Position numbers and translations under genes: made by a program. The notes below the pieces were generated by a model. That model worked only from the letters and a program-made list of their open reading frames with translations, searched no databases and was not told the DNA's origin. A stretch of DNA of 64,000 bases, from positions 41,984 through 105,983 of the forward strand of contig DATKSU010000005.1 in the NCBI GenBank assembly GCA_035531495.1, written 5' to 3'. Positions within the stretch are counted from its first letter, which is position 1; every line of letters starts with the position of its first letter. Positions 37,254 to 47,254 of this stretch are shown here, piece after piece. This DNA is from Minisyncoccota bacterium (lineage in GTDB: Bacteria > Patescibacteriota > Minisyncoccia > Phycocordibacterales > Phycocordibacteraceae).

Positions 37254-37867
37254 GGCGTCAATTGGTCAGTGACAATCGCGCGCTCCGTCGTCCCGTGGAA
37301 ATCCCAGGTCACGGTCGCGACGACCCGCTCATCGTTCGGCGAGACGGCGTAGAACTGAACCGTACGCGTGTAGGGCGTCTCGACGCTGGTAACGCGCTGG
37401 GAGTAGATGGCGCCGGAATAGGAAGGCGCCGAGCCGCCGTCGAAGTAGAGCGGCGTACAGGTGCTGCCGACGGTGCATGCCTGCAGCGTGCCGAACCACC
37501 ATGATGGCAACCCAGGAGGGGTGAACCACGGGTCGGCCGTGCATGCCGAATTGACGCACTGCGAGACGGGGCTGGAGAGGAACGCGCTCCAGGCATTGGC
37601 CGAGACCGATGTCCCGCCGGCCTGATAGGCGCTCAAATAGGCATTGTCGCGTAGCGCGCGTACGTACTCGATTCCCTCTTGCGCGAGGTAGGTGGCGGTC
37701 AGCTGCTCGCGCGCGAGCTCGGTGGCGACGAGCGTGCGGTCCGCCGTGTACAAGGGGCCGGCGATGGCGAGCGCGAGTATCGCGATGGCGACGAGCGTCT
37801 CGACGAGCGTAAACGCTCGCCGCGCGTTCGCTTCGCCGGTCGCTCGCTTAGTGGTTGGCTCTCTCAT
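37244..37867 (-). CDS. PilV-like minor pilin
   Basis: AFTLVETLVAI N-methylation motif, LAQEGIEYVR. Confidence 0.85.
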   Translation of the reverse strand: MREPTTKRATGEANARRAFTLVETLVAIAILALAIAGPLYTADRTLVATELAREQLTATYLAQEGIEYVRALRDNAYLSAYQAGGTSVSANAWSAFLSSPVSQCVNSACTADPWFTPPGLPSWWFGTLQACTVGSTCTPLYFDGGSAPSYSGAIYSQRVTSVETPYTRTVQFYAVSPNDERVVATVTWDFHGTTERAIVTDQLTPWQ

Positions 37868-37873
37868 AAAAAA

Positions 37874-38449
37874 TCAGATATCGGAACCGCGCATCGTCGC
37901 GCTGCTCTCGACCGTGAAATATTGGGTCTTCCCATGCCCGTACGAGATCTGGCCCGAAATGACGATGGTCACGCGCGCCTGCCCGTAATCGCCCTGCCGC
38001 ACTGTCTGCGCGTTATAGGAAGTGAACAGGAGCGACGTGATGTCCACGGACGAATCGGTAAGCGGCGTCGTGGCACCGGTTCTGGAATCGTACTGATCAA
38101 TCCCATTGGTCGTCGAATTCAAGAAATACTTGATGTAGTCCCCTGGCGGATCGGTCGCATCGGAAAACGAGAAATCGGTGCCCGAACAGGTGTTCGTCGT
38201 GCCGAGGCAGTAATCGAAACCCGTGCGAATCGTGCGCGTCATGTCTTCGAGCGCGAAGGAGAGGTTGTTGATGCCGGTCGTGACGGCGTGCGCTTCCCGG
38301 TCCGCGCCAATCATGATGAGGTAGGCGCCGGTCGCAATTGTCATGACGACCGCGAAAAGGCCGACGGCGACCATAAGCTCAATGAGCGTGAAGCCGGAAC
38401 GTACCGGGATGCGGTCATTGGCGAATGTCATGGCGCGGTTCATGGGCAT
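37874..38449 (-). CDS. PilW-like minor pilin
   Basis: GFTLIELMVAV, MTRTIRTG. Confidence 0.85.
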   Translation of the reverse strand: MPMNRAMTFANDRIPVRSGFTLIELMVAVGLFAVVMTIATGAYLIMIGADREAHAVTTGINNLSFALEDMTRTIRTGFDYCLGTTNTCSGTDFSFSDATDPPGDYIKYFLNSTTNGIDQYDSRTGATTPLTDSSVDITSLLFTSYNAQTVRQGDYGQARVTIVISGQISYGHGKTQYFTVESSATMRGSDI

Positions 38450-39177
38450 GAGGCGGCATCGCCGTTAATCTCGCCGGTCGTCGAGACCGACACGTAGCGC
38501 GTCCCGCCCTGTGGCGAGAGGAGCGCGAGACACGCCGAGGTGTAGTACGCCGACCATGCGGGCTGCGAGAAAGTCGTACCGATGCTGATGTAGGGCGTAT
38601 CGTTCGGGCGCGAGAACACGACATCCATGCTTGTCAGGGTCGCCTGAAAGAGCGGGGTGTACCAGCCGTGTTCGCACACCCACGGGATGAGCTGCGACAC
38701 GTGTACGCAGAAATTGCTTATCGTGATGCCGTTGTTGATCATGTAGGGGGACACCTCCTGGTCCGAACCGGCCGTATAGACGCAATCGCCCGGCTTTGCA
38801 TTCGGCGCGTTCGCGCCCAAGGCGAACGGGCCGTAGCAGCTGTTCGTGTCTGGCGCCGGGGACGTATCGGCGAAGAAGATAAACGAGGAGTTCGACGAGG
38901 TATCGAAATGGAGGCCATAGCCGATGTTCGCGTTCGCGCCGAGGCCGCGCGTACCGAGGCCGTAGGTCTCGGCGGAGCGCATCGTGAGGCCGATGTCGTA
39001 CGCGGTATTCGCGAGCGTGAACGAATTGTTGAATGAGCGCTGGTTCGTGAGGACGATGGCTACCATGATGGCGATGATGGCGAGCACGACGAGCATCTCG
39101 ACGAGCGTGAATCCGCGCGCGCGGCCGCGACGTTTCGCTAGCGAGGCCACACCGCGGCGAAAGCGAAGAGGTTCCAT
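38440..39177 (-). CDS. FimT/GspH-like minor pilin
   Basis: GFTLVEMLVVL, YGLHF, V.FSRP. Confidence 0.82.
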   Translation of the reverse strand: MEPLRFRRGVASLAKRRGRARGFTLVEMLVVLAIIAIMVAIVLTNQRSFNNSFTLANTAYDIGLTMRSAETYGLGTRGLGANANIGYGLHFDTSSNSSFIFFADTSPAPDTNSCYGPFALGANAPNAKPGDCVYTAGSDQEVSPYMINNGITISNFCVHVSQLIPWVCEHGWYTPLFQATLTSMDVVFSRPNDTPYISIGTTFSQPAWSAYYTSACLALLSPQGGTRYVSVSTTGEINGDAASCP

Positions 39178-39905
39178 TGTGTGAAGTACGCGAGGAGGAA
39201 GCCGGCGGCGAGGAAAGGCGCGAACGGTACCTCGCTGTTCATTCTAGAGCCCCGAGGCCTGCGCGCCAATAGCAGTATCCCGATGGCGGCGCCGATCCAG
39301 AACGAGAAAACGAAGCCGGTAAGCGCGACAGGTCCCGCGAGAAGCCCGAGGCCGAGCGTAAGCGGCGCATCGGCGAGACCCATCGCCCGCCCGCGGGAGA
39401 TGGCGTGGATGAGCGCGAGGGAGAGCGCAAGGAGCGATGCCGTGAGGAGGACGCTGAGGAACGCGTATCCTGACGGTGCGGCGAGGTATCCCGCGAGGGC
39501 GGCCGCGAGGACGAAGGCGGCGAGGACGGGCGGCGGCAGTATCTGGTGCGCGAAATCGTAGCGGACGAGCGCGAGGAGGAGTGCGAGCGAGACGAGCATG
39601 AGGGCAAGCGCGGGCGAAAGGCCGAGCTTCGCGTACGCGAGCGCGAAGAGCGCGCCGAGGACGAGCTCCGCGACCGGATCGGCGGCGGAGAGCCGGACGC
39701 CGCAGCAGCGGGAGCGGCCGCGAAGCGCGAGGTACGAGACGACGGGGATGAGCGCCGCAGGCGGGAGCGGCGCGCCGCACGCGTCGCAGCGGGAGCGGCC
39801 CGCGAGGAATCCCTCCCCCGTGTAGAGCCGCGCCGCGACGACGCCGATGAAGCTCGCGACGACGACGCCGAGGGCGAAGAGCGCGGCCGCGATGAGGAGC
39901 GTCAT
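39138..39905 (-). CDS. pilD: prepilin peptidase (A24)
   Basis: RSRCDACG, IPVVSYL, YD...ILP, MGLAD, VPFAPFL. Confidence 0.9.
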   Translation of the reverse strand: MTLLIAAALFALGVVVASFIGVVAARLYTGEGFLAGRSRCDACGAPLPPAALIPVVSYLALRGRSRCCGVRLSAADPVAELVLGALFALAYAKLGLSPALALMLVSLALLLALVRYDFAHQILPPPVLAAFVLAAALAGYLAAPSGYAFLSVLLTASLLALSLALIHAISRGRAMGLADAPLTLGLGLLAGPVALTGFVFSFWIGAAIGILLLARRPRGSRMNSEVPFAPFLAAGFLLAYFTQWNLFAFAAVWPR

Positions 39906-39963
39906 GGGTGCATGATAGCAAGCTCCCGCCTGGGGCAGGAGCTGCTGCGCCCCGGGACGGGGG

Positions 39964-40407
39964 CTACGGGCACGCGGTTTCGGCGCTCGTCAGCGGGGAC
40001 GGCTCATACTTGCCGACGCTCTCACTGTCGATGCACCACGAGTTCGACGTCGCAGTGAGCTCGGCGGAGACGGCGTACGCCGTCCCGTTCGCGCTCACGT
40101 TGCAGACGATGGAGCCCGGGCCGTTCGCGGCGTCGGCGCTCGCAATCGCCGAATGGATGGTCGGGTCGCTGAACATGTTGTCGGCCGCCGCGCAGTTGCT
40201 TTCCGTCGAGGCGTTCGTCCCATAATGGTAGCCGTTGCCGTCGAAGTAGATTTCAGCTTGGCTGCGGATGGTCGAGAGGTTCGACTGGACCGCCGCATCG
40301 TTGCCCTTCTCTCGGGCCGTATTGAGGGACGCGAGCACGACCGCCGAGAGGATGCCGATGATGGCGATAACGACGAGGAGCTCGATGAGGGTAAAGCCTC
40401 TGCGCAT
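39964..40407 (-). CDS. type IV pilin
   Basis: MRRGFTLIELLVVIAIIGILSAVVLASLNTAR; C-terminal WC.DS..CP. Confidence 0.92.
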   Translation of the reverse strand: MRRGFTLIELLVVIAIIGILSAVVLASLNTAREKGNDAAVQSNLSTIRSQAEIYFDGNGYHYGTNASTESNCAAADNMFSDPTIHSAIASADAANGPGSIVCNVSANGTAYAVSAELTATSNSWCIDSESVGKYEPSPLTSAETACP

Positions 40408-40481
40408 GGTGCCGCCTATCATAGCAGATGAAACGAACACGCCCCGAGGACGGGGCGTGTTCGAGAACGATACAGAGCGTC

Positions 40482-40955
40482 TTAAGGGCACGTGGTGATA
40501 GCGGATGCCGGGAAGGTTCCATTGGTTCCGGACTCGAGTTTCGACGCGCCGGTCGAATCCGTGCACCACCAGGTATTAGCGGCTGCCGTCAGCGCGGCAG
40601 CGACGATGAACGACTGGCCGGCAGAGCCAGTGGCGCAGGCGATGTTGCCCTGGCCGTTATCAGCATAGGCTGACTTCATCGCTTGCAGGATGACCGGATC
40701 TGAGAACATGCTCGCCGCAGCCGTAGTGCAGGCCGCGCCGGTCGACCATGTCAAGGTGCCGAAGCTGTTGCTGTTGTCGCCGTAGTAGATTTCCGCCTGC
40801 GTGCGGACGGTGTTGAGGTCCGATTCGACCGCCGCATCGTTGCCCTTCTGGCGGGCCGTATTGAGGGACGCGAGCACGACCGCCGAGAGGATGCCGATGA
40901 TGGCGATAACGACGAGGAGCTCGATGAGGGTGAAGCCTCGGAAACGATTTTTCAT
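40482..40955 (-). CDS. type IV pilin (probable major pilin)
   Basis: MKNRFRGFTLIELLVVIAIIGILSAVVLASLNTAR; WC.DS..CP. Confidence 0.92.
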   Translation of the reverse strand: MKNRFRGFTLIELLVVIAIIGILSAVVLASLNTARQKGNDAAVESDLNTVRTQAEIYYGDNSNSFGTLTWSTGAACTTAAASMFSDPVILQAMKSAYADNGQGNIACATGSAGQSFIVAAALTAAANTWWCTDSTGASKLESGTNGTFPASAITTCP

Positions 40956-41045
40956 GGTAAATATTGAAGCTCTGTGCATACGGTTAATATCAGAAGTATA
41001 CGGCACTGGCGGGGGTCGCGGGACGGGGTTGTGGATAACCCCGCC

Positions 41046-42251
41046 CTAGATGGCGCTCGCGAGGTTGTAGATAGGCATGAGGACGGCGGCAAGGAGGACA
41101 CCGACGCCGACGCCGAGCATGACGATCATGATGGGTTCGATGAGGCCGACGAGGGTGTCGACCGAGTTCGTCACCTCGCGGCTGTAGAACTTCGCGAGCG
41201 TGGTGAGGATCTTTCCGAGCTCGCCCGTCTCCTCGCCGACGCGCGTCATCGCGACCATGATGCCCGGCATCTCCGGATGCTTGCTCATCGCGCTCGCGAT
41301 GGACGAGCCGCCCTTCACGTCGAGCTCGATGTCTATGAGCGCGGCTGCGTAAGCGGCATTCCCCACCACCGACGCCGATATCTCGAGCGCTTCGATGACC
41401 GAGACGCCGGACATGAGCATCGTGGAGAAGTTGTCGGCGATGCGCGCGAGATAGAGCTTCTTGTAGAGATCGCCGACGTACGGCGTCGAGATCTTCAGCG
41501 TGTCGAGGATGAGCTTGCCGCGCTCGGTCTTGCGCATCTGCCAGAGGTAGAAGCCGAGCGCGATGAGGCCGATGAGGATGAAGATGCCATACTCGACGAG
41601 GAAGTTCGAGAACCCGATGATGATGCGCGTATAGAGCGGCACCTGGGTGCCGGAGTCGATGAGCACGGCGCTGATCTTCGGGATGACGAGGGTGAGCATG
41701 AGCCCCATGACGCCGAAGAAGACGGCGACGACGAAGATCGGATAGATGAGCGCGTTCTCGGCCTTGCTCATGACCTCATAGCTGCGGTCGAGGTAGTCGG
41801 CGAGGTAGACGAACGTCTCCGACAACTTGCCGGATTCCTCGCCCGCGCGGACCATGTTGACATAGAAGACGGAGAAGACTTCCGGGTGGCGCGCGAGCGC
41901 CTTGCTGATGGAGCTGCCGCCCTGGAGGTCGTCTCCCACCACCGAGAGCACGTCGGCGAGGCGCTTGTTCGTCACCTCGGCGGCGAGGAGGCGGAAGACG
42001 CGCAGCGCCGACACCTGCGCTTCGAAGAGGGTCGAGATCTGTCGCGAGAGGATGACGACGTCCTTGTTCGAGACGCGGTTGAGGAACGGGATATCCATTT
42101 GGAGGACGGATCGCTTCTCGCCCGACTCTATCTTCGAGATGATGAGGTTGCGCCGCTGGAGCGCGGAGACGGCGACTTCCTGCGACGGCGCCTCGATGGA
42201 GCCGTCCCGCTCGTGCCCGTCCTGGTCGATGGCGTGGTAGGTGAAGAGCAT
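41046..42251 (-). CDS. pilC: type IV pilus inner-membrane platform protein
   Basis: GspF repeats: GEESGKL, YPIFV, VGEETGEL, LIEP. Confidence 0.93.
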   Translation of the reverse strand: MLFTYHAIDQDGHERDGSIEAPSQEVAVSALQRRNLIISKIESGEKRSVLQMDIPFLNRVSNKDVVILSRQISTLFEAQVSALRVFRLLAAEVTNKRLADVLSVVGDDLQGGSSISKALARHPEVFSVFYVNMVRAGEESGKLSETFVYLADYLDRSYEVMSKAENALIYPIFVVAVFFGVMGLMLTLVIPKISAVLIDSGTQVPLYTRIIIGFSNFLVEYGIFILIGLIALGFYLWQMRKTERGKLILDTLKISTPYVGDLYKKLYLARIADNFSTMLMSGVSVIEALEISASVVGNAAYAAALIDIELDVKGGSSIASAMSKHPEMPGIMVAMTRVGEETGELGKILTTLAKFYSREVTNSVDTLVGLIEPIMIVMLGVGVGVLLAAVLMPIYNLASAI

Positions 42252-42280
42252 GCTCGGTTATCGCACGGCGGCCGGCCGGG

Positions 42281-43342
42281 TCATAGGTAGCGCTCGAAGG
42301 TCTTCGGGTCCATCGCGTGCTCGTACGCGTGCTCGACCGTTACCTCCCCGCGCCGCACGAAGTCCGCGAGGAGGCGATCCATGCTGATCATGCCATCCTG
42401 GGAACCCGTCTGGATGACGGAGGCGATCTCGTGCGTCTGCTTCTCGCGGATGAGGTTCGCCACGGCGTTGTTATTGATGAGAAGCTCGTATGCGGGGATG
42501 AGCCCGCCCGAGATGCGCGGAATGAGCCGCTGGGAGAAGACGCCGGCGAGAGACCCCGAGAGCTGCACGCGCACCTGGTCCTGCTGCTCGGCCGGGAACA
42601 TGTCGATGATGCGGTCGATCGTCTGCGCCGCGTTATTCGTGTGGAGCGTGGAGAAGACGAGGTGGCCAGTCTCGGCGGCCGTCACGGCGGCCGAGATGGT
42701 CTCGTGGTCGCGCATCTCGCCGACCATGATGACGTCGACATCCTCGCGGAAAGCGCCCTGGAGCGCCGTATGGAAGTCCGGCGTATCGATATGCACTTCG
42801 CGCTGGTGGACGAGCGATTTCTTCGGCATGAACAGGTACTCGACCGGGTCTTCGATCGTGAGGATATGCTGCGCTTCGACCTCGTTGATGTGCTCGAGCA
42901 TCGAAGCGAGCGTCGTCGACTTCCCTTGCCCGACGGGACCGACGACGAGGAAGAATCCCTGCGCGCGCTGCGTGAACGTCTCGAGGATTGGCGGCAGGTT
43001 AAGCTCGGCAAGCGTCGCGATCTTGTTCGGGATAAGCCGGGAGGCCATCGCAATCGTGCCTTGCGTGCGATAGCCGTTGATACGGAACCGCGAGTCCTCA
43101 TGGTGCGCGTACGAGAGGTCGACGGCCTGGTCCTTCTCGAACGTCTCCCAGCGACCTTCCGGCACGATTGAACGCAACATCACTTCGGTGTCTGCGGCCG
43201 TGAACGCTTGGTATCGCGTGAGCGGCACGAGCTCGCCTGAGACGCGGATGACCGGCGACCCGCCCGCGAAGATATGCAAGTCGGAGCCGCCTTGGGCGAT
43301 GACGAGGTCGAAGAGCTCCTTGAGGCGCTTGTCGATCGTCAT
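42281..43342 (-). CDS. pilT: type IV pilus retraction ATPase
   Basis: GSDLH, GPVGQGKSTT, TIEDPVE, REDVDVIMVGEMRD, ETGHLVFSTLH; start at MTIDKR. Confidence 0.93.
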   Translation of the reverse strand: MTIDKRLKELFDLVIAQGGSDLHIFAGGSPVIRVSGELVPLTRYQAFTAADTEVMLRSIVPEGRWETFEKDQAVDLSYAHHEDSRFRINGYRTQGTIAMASRLIPNKIATLAELNLPPILETFTQRAQGFFLVVGPVGQGKSTTLASMLEHINEVEAQHILTIEDPVEYLFMPKKSLVHQREVHIDTPDFHTALQGAFREDVDVIMVGEMRDHETISAAVTAAETGHLVFSTLHTNNAAQTIDRIIDMFPAEQQDQVRVQLSGSLAGVFSQRLIPRISGGLIPAYELLINNNAVANLIREKQTHEIASVIQTGSQDGMISMDRLLADFVRRGEVTVEHAYEHAMDPKTFERYL

Positions 43343-43343
43343 G

Positions 43344-43742
43344 TTAGCTCGACGCGGGCTTCCCGCCCTCGATGATGCGCACGACTTCAGCGAGGACTTC
43401 CGACGGGATGGCCGAGGCCTTGATGATGTATCCGTCGGCCTTGAGCTGCTTCGCCTTCTCGATGTCGGAATCCTGTCCTTGGTTCGAGAGGATGATGATC
43501 TTGCTGTCCGACGCGAGCTTCTCCTTGCGGATCGTCTGCAGCGCTTCGAAGCCGTCGATGCCCGGCATAATGAGGTCGAGCAGGATAGCGTCCGGGGCCG
43601 GCACCCCGCCTTTCCGGAGCGCATCGAGAAGCTTCTCTCCGCCGTCGAACACGTTCACCTCATGTCCCGCGCTCCTGAACTTGACCGCGTACAGGTCGAG
43701 CAGGAATCGGTCATCGTCGACGAGGTACACGCGATAGGCCAT
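43344..43742 (-). CDS. single-domain response regulator (CheY-like)
   Basis: LVDDD, LLDLIMP.IDG, ILSN, YIIK. Confidence 0.92.
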   Translation of the reverse strand: MAYRVYLVDDDRFLLDLYAVKFRSAGHEVNVFDGGEKLLDALRKGGVPAPDAILLDLIMPGIDGFEALQTIRKEKLASDSKIIILSNQGQDSDIEKAKQLKADGYIIKASAIPSEVLAEVVRIIEGGKPASS

Positions 43743-43756
43743 TGCTAGCCAGTATA

Positions 43757-45544
43757 CTATGCCGCGCCGTCAATATCTTCCGGCTCGGGGAAAAGCTCGC
43801 CGCCGAGCGTATTCACCTCTTCGAACGGGATGGCGCCGGCGAGCGCTTTCACTATCGCGTCTTCGCGCATCGTGCGCATGCCGCCCGCGCGGGCCGCGGC
43901 ATAGATGTTCTCCTCCGTCGGCTGCTTGAGTACGGCTTCCTCGAGCGGTTTGTTCATCTGCAGTATCTCGAAGACGCCTGTGCGGCCGCGCGTCCCGTCC
44001 GCGCACTCCGCCGTCGGCTTCGCATGATAAAAATTCTTGAACGGCGGGAGCTTCGCGCGGTATTTCTCCGGCAAATCCTCGAACTCCTGGTCGAGGAGCC
44101 CTTTGAGGCTCTCGGAAACGGGGAACGGCTCACCCGCGCCGTCGCACAGCTTCCGGACGAGACGCTGGCCGATGACGGCGACCAAGGTCGGCGCGATGAG
44201 GAACGGGTCGACGCGCATGTCGATGAGGCGCGGAATGGCGCCCGCGGCCGTGTTCGTGTGGATGGTCGAGAAGACGAGGTGGCCCGTAAGCGCGGCTTGC
44301 ACGGCGAGCGCTGCGGTCTCCTTGTCGCGAATCTCGCCGACCATGATGACGTCCGGATCCTGGCGCAGGATGCTGCGGAGTCCGTTCGCGAACGTGTAGC
44401 CGATTTCCGGCCGCACCTGGCTCTGCGAGACGCCGGGCACTTCGTATTCGACCGGATCCTCGAGCGAAACGACGTTCGACGTCTCGCGGTCGAGCTCGGA
44501 CATCATGGCGAAGAGGGACGTCGACTTGCCGGAACCCGTCGGCCCGGCGATGAGGATGATGCCGTACGGGACCTTCATGACCTCGCGGACGACCTTGAGC
44601 TGCGCCTCGTCGAACCCGACCGACTCGAGGGTTGCGGTGGCGGCCGACTGGTCGAGGATGCGCATCACGACCTTCTCGCCGTACTGCGTCGGGAAGGTGG
44701 AGACGCGGAAGTCGATGCGGCGCTTGTCGACCGTCGCCGAGAAGCGGCCGTCCTGCGGCTTGCGCTTCTCGTCGAGGCGCAGGCGCGCGAGGATCTTGAT
44801 GCGCGCGACGACCGCCTCGTGAACCTTGCTCGGCAGCTCGAGTGACGTGTGGAGGTCGCCATCGACGCGGAAGCGGACGCGTGTCTTCTTCGGCGTCGGC
44901 TCGACGTGGATGTCGGAAGAGTGCCCTTCGATGGCATACCGCAAGATGGTGGAGACGATCTTCGTCACCGGCGCATCCTCCTTGAGCGCTTCGGAATGGC
45001 CCGAAAGGTCGAGTGATTCGGCGCCCGTCGCGGCTTCATCGGCTGGCGCCGGGGTCCCGGAAACGTTCGCCGACGGCTTCGTCGTCGTCTCGTACTCTGA
45101 GAGCGCCTTGCCGACTTCGCCTGAGAGATTCTGGTACGCCTCGATGACGCGATCGAAATCCTGCTTCGTAATGAGGAAGACCTTATACGGGATGGATGAT
45201 TCTCCCGAGATGAATTGCAGCGCATCGAGCGCTTCGATGTTGTCGGGATCGACGATGCCGACCTCGAGAGCTCCGTCGGCCATGTCGAGGGGCACGATGC
45301 CGTAATGGCGTGCCGAATCGACCGGGATATAGCTGAACGTCTCTTCGTCGGCCGGCGAATCGCCGAGGATGCGCGTCGGCAGACCGTACTCCTTCCCCGC
45401 TTCCGCGAGCGCGTCGGGGAGCGAGATACCCTGTTCGGACAGCGCCTCCTCGAGCGGCCGCTTCTTCGCGAGCTCCGCTTCGACCGTCGCGCGGCCTTGC
45501 GCCGAGAGCATGCCCTTGTCGACGAGTAGTGCGAGGAGATTCAT
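43757..45544 (-). CDS. pilB: type IV pilus assembly ATPase (PilB/GspE)
   Basis: SSDIHVEP, PQDGRF, GPTGSGKST, LRQDPDVIMVGEIRD. Confidence 0.93.
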   Translation of the reverse strand: MNLLALLVDKGMLSAQGRATVEAELAKKRPLEEALSEQGISLPDALAEAGKEYGLPTRILGDSPADEETFSYIPVDSARHYGIVPLDMADGALEVGIVDPDNIEALDALQFISGESSIPYKVFLITKQDFDRVIEAYQNLSGEVGKALSEYETTTKPSANVSGTPAPADEAATGAESLDLSGHSEALKEDAPVTKIVSTILRYAIEGHSSDIHVEPTPKKTRVRFRVDGDLHTSLELPSKVHEAVVARIKILARLRLDEKRKPQDGRFSATVDKRRIDFRVSTFPTQYGEKVVMRILDQSAATATLESVGFDEAQLKVVREVMKVPYGIILIAGPTGSGKSTSLFAMMSELDRETSNVVSLEDPVEYEVPGVSQSQVRPEIGYTFANGLRSILRQDPDVIMVGEIRDKETAALAVQAALTGHLVFSTIHTNTAAGAIPRLIDMRVDPFLIAPTLVAVIGQRLVRKLCDGAGEPFPVSESLKGLLDQEFEDLPEKYRAKLPPFKNFYHAKPTAECADGTRGRTGVFEILQMNKPLEEAVLKQPTEENIYAAARAGGMRTMREDAIVKALAGAIPFEEVNTLGGELFPEPEDIDGAA

Positions 45545-45666
45545 TCGAACGGGGGCCGACCGCGTTCAAGCGGCCTGCACAGTGCGCGAATAATCGATGC
45601 CGATGCGGTCGTGCATACTGTCATTATCGTACCATGGCGAACGCCACGCCACGGCGGCTGTCGTGA

Positions 45667-45972
45667 TTATTTTCCGCCGACGCCGCTGATGGGCGCGAAC
45701 GGATCGGGTCGGCCGGAGACCTCCGGCGTCACTGGCGTCGCGATATCCACGAGCGCGGCGAACCGCGGATCGGTGAAGATGCTCGTGTTGAACGAAATCG
45801 ATTGGAGCTCGCTCGCGAGGGTCTGGAACTGCTGCTGCGCGACGGTCGAGGTCGCGTTACTCGAGCTCAGCGAGCCCTGGCTGCTATTGCCGCCGAAGAA
45901 ATACCAGTAGGTACCGCCAATGGCGGCGAACGTGACGAGGATCGTGGCGATGGTGTTGAAGTTCATTTTCAT
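45667..45972 (-). CDS. single-TM pilus-locus protein
   Basis: N-terminal TM helix, C-terminal GRPDPFAP; position after pilO. Confidence 0.7.
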   Translation of the reverse strand: MKMNFNTIATILVTFAAIGGTYWYFFGGNSSQGSLSSSNATSTVAQQQFQTLASELQSISFNTSIFTDPRFAALVDIATPVTPEVSGRPDPFAPISGVGGK

Positions 45973-45990
45973 ACGTGCGTATCGTCGCTA

Positions 45991-46551
45991 TCACCGGAGC
46001 CAGTACAGGCGCAGGCTCATCTGGTAAATGTAAATCCCGGTATCGGAGCCCTTCACGGAAAGCTGTCGGACATCGAGGAGCCGTTCGCTCAACTCGACGC
46101 CGCGGAGGAACTTCTGAAACGCCGCGTACGATCCCGTCGCGGAGACGACCAGGTCGACTGACCCGATGCCGCCGGTACCACCCGTCGAGAGGCCTGCCGG
46201 CGCGCCCGCGGACGCGGAACTCGCCGCCGGCGCCGAGACGTTCACGTTCGAGAGCGTGAGGCCGGAGCGGGCGGCGAGCGCATCAAGGTCGAGGATGATG
46301 CTCACGTTATCGACTGAATCCGGCAGGAGCGTCGTGAGCCGCGCGATGTCCGCGGGGTTCATGGCGTCGCGTTCCGACACGAGCTGGCTCTCTTCGGTCG
46401 CGTAGGCCTGCGCCGCCGCGAGCGCTTGATCGTCGCTCGCGATCGCGTTCTTCGTGCCGGCGATGCTCCCGTTCCACGTCGGACCGACGTACCCCACGAA
46501 GAGGGCGATGGCGGCTATGACTGAGATCAGCGGATAGATGCGGCTCATCAT
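45991..46551 (-). CDS. pilO: PilO-like pilus assembly protein
   Basis: TM helix, LLPD, GSY..F..FL..E...RL.DV. Confidence 0.8.
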   Translation of the reverse strand: MMSRIYPLISVIAAIALFVGYVGPTWNGSIAGTKNAIASDDQALAAAQAYATEESQLVSERDAMNPADIARLTTLLPDSVDNVSIILDLDALAARSGLTLSNVNVSAPAASSASAGAPAGLSTGGTGGIGSVDLVVSATGSYAAFQKFLRGVELSERLLDVRQLSVKGSDTGIYIYQMSLRLYWLR

Positions 46552-47180
46552 GGCAATGTCGTCGTCGCGGCCGGCGTCGCGGCCGGCGTCGCGGAAGACG
46601 GCGAGAAGGCGACAAGCTTCGGATCAAGCGCCGCCGCGAGCGCGAACGAGACGGAACCGTCTTGGGGATTGACCGCGATGTCCGAGAAGATGGCGTCTTT
46701 AATCCGCCCGTCCGCCGCGAGCGCCGACGATACCGCCGCGAGCGAATTGAAATCTTTCGCGATGCCGGCGCCCGTCACGCTGACGGCTCCCTTATCGTCA
46801 GTGGCGACGCTCAGCTCCGAGATGCGGACAGAGACGGGGAGCTGCGCGTCGAGATCGTCGAAGAAGCCGGAAAGCGCGATATGGTTCGCGAGCAGCTGTT
46901 CGCCTGCCTTGAGGCGGTCGCTCAACCGCAGGAAGCTCTCGACTTTCGCCGAGTCTATCGATGCCCGAGCGTTCGCGAGCTGGACATCCTTCCCGGCAAG
47001 CACGGAATCGAGTATGTGCCCATAGATGAATAAGCCGATTGCAATCGCGAGGACGACGCCGATAGCTCCGTACGCGACGAACCCGAGCGCGCTGCCCAAG
47101 TCGCTCGTATTGAACCGGCGCCGAGACGTCGAATCGGGTCTCGGGACGAATGAGGTCGGGATGTTGGGAATGAGTGCCAC
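46548..47180 (-). CDS. pilN: PilN-like pilus assembly protein
   Basis: TM helix plus coiled coil, G.A..F; lies between pilM and pilO. Confidence 0.7.
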   Translation of the reverse strand: MALIPNIPTSFVPRPDSTSRRRFNTSDLGSALGFVAYGAIGVVLAIAIGLFIYGHILDSVLAGKDVQLANARASIDSAKVESFLRLSDRLKAGEQLLANHIALSGFFDDLDAQLPVSVRISELSVATDDKGAVSVTGAGIAKDFNSLAAVSSALAADGRIKDAIFSDIAVNPQDGSVSFALAAALDPKLVAFSPSSATPAATPAATTTLP

Positions 47181-47254
47181 TGGGCGTCAGTATACCGCGC
47201 AGGGAACGGCGCGCGGCGCGGCGTTCAGTCGCGTCTGGGGACAAACGCGCGCAT

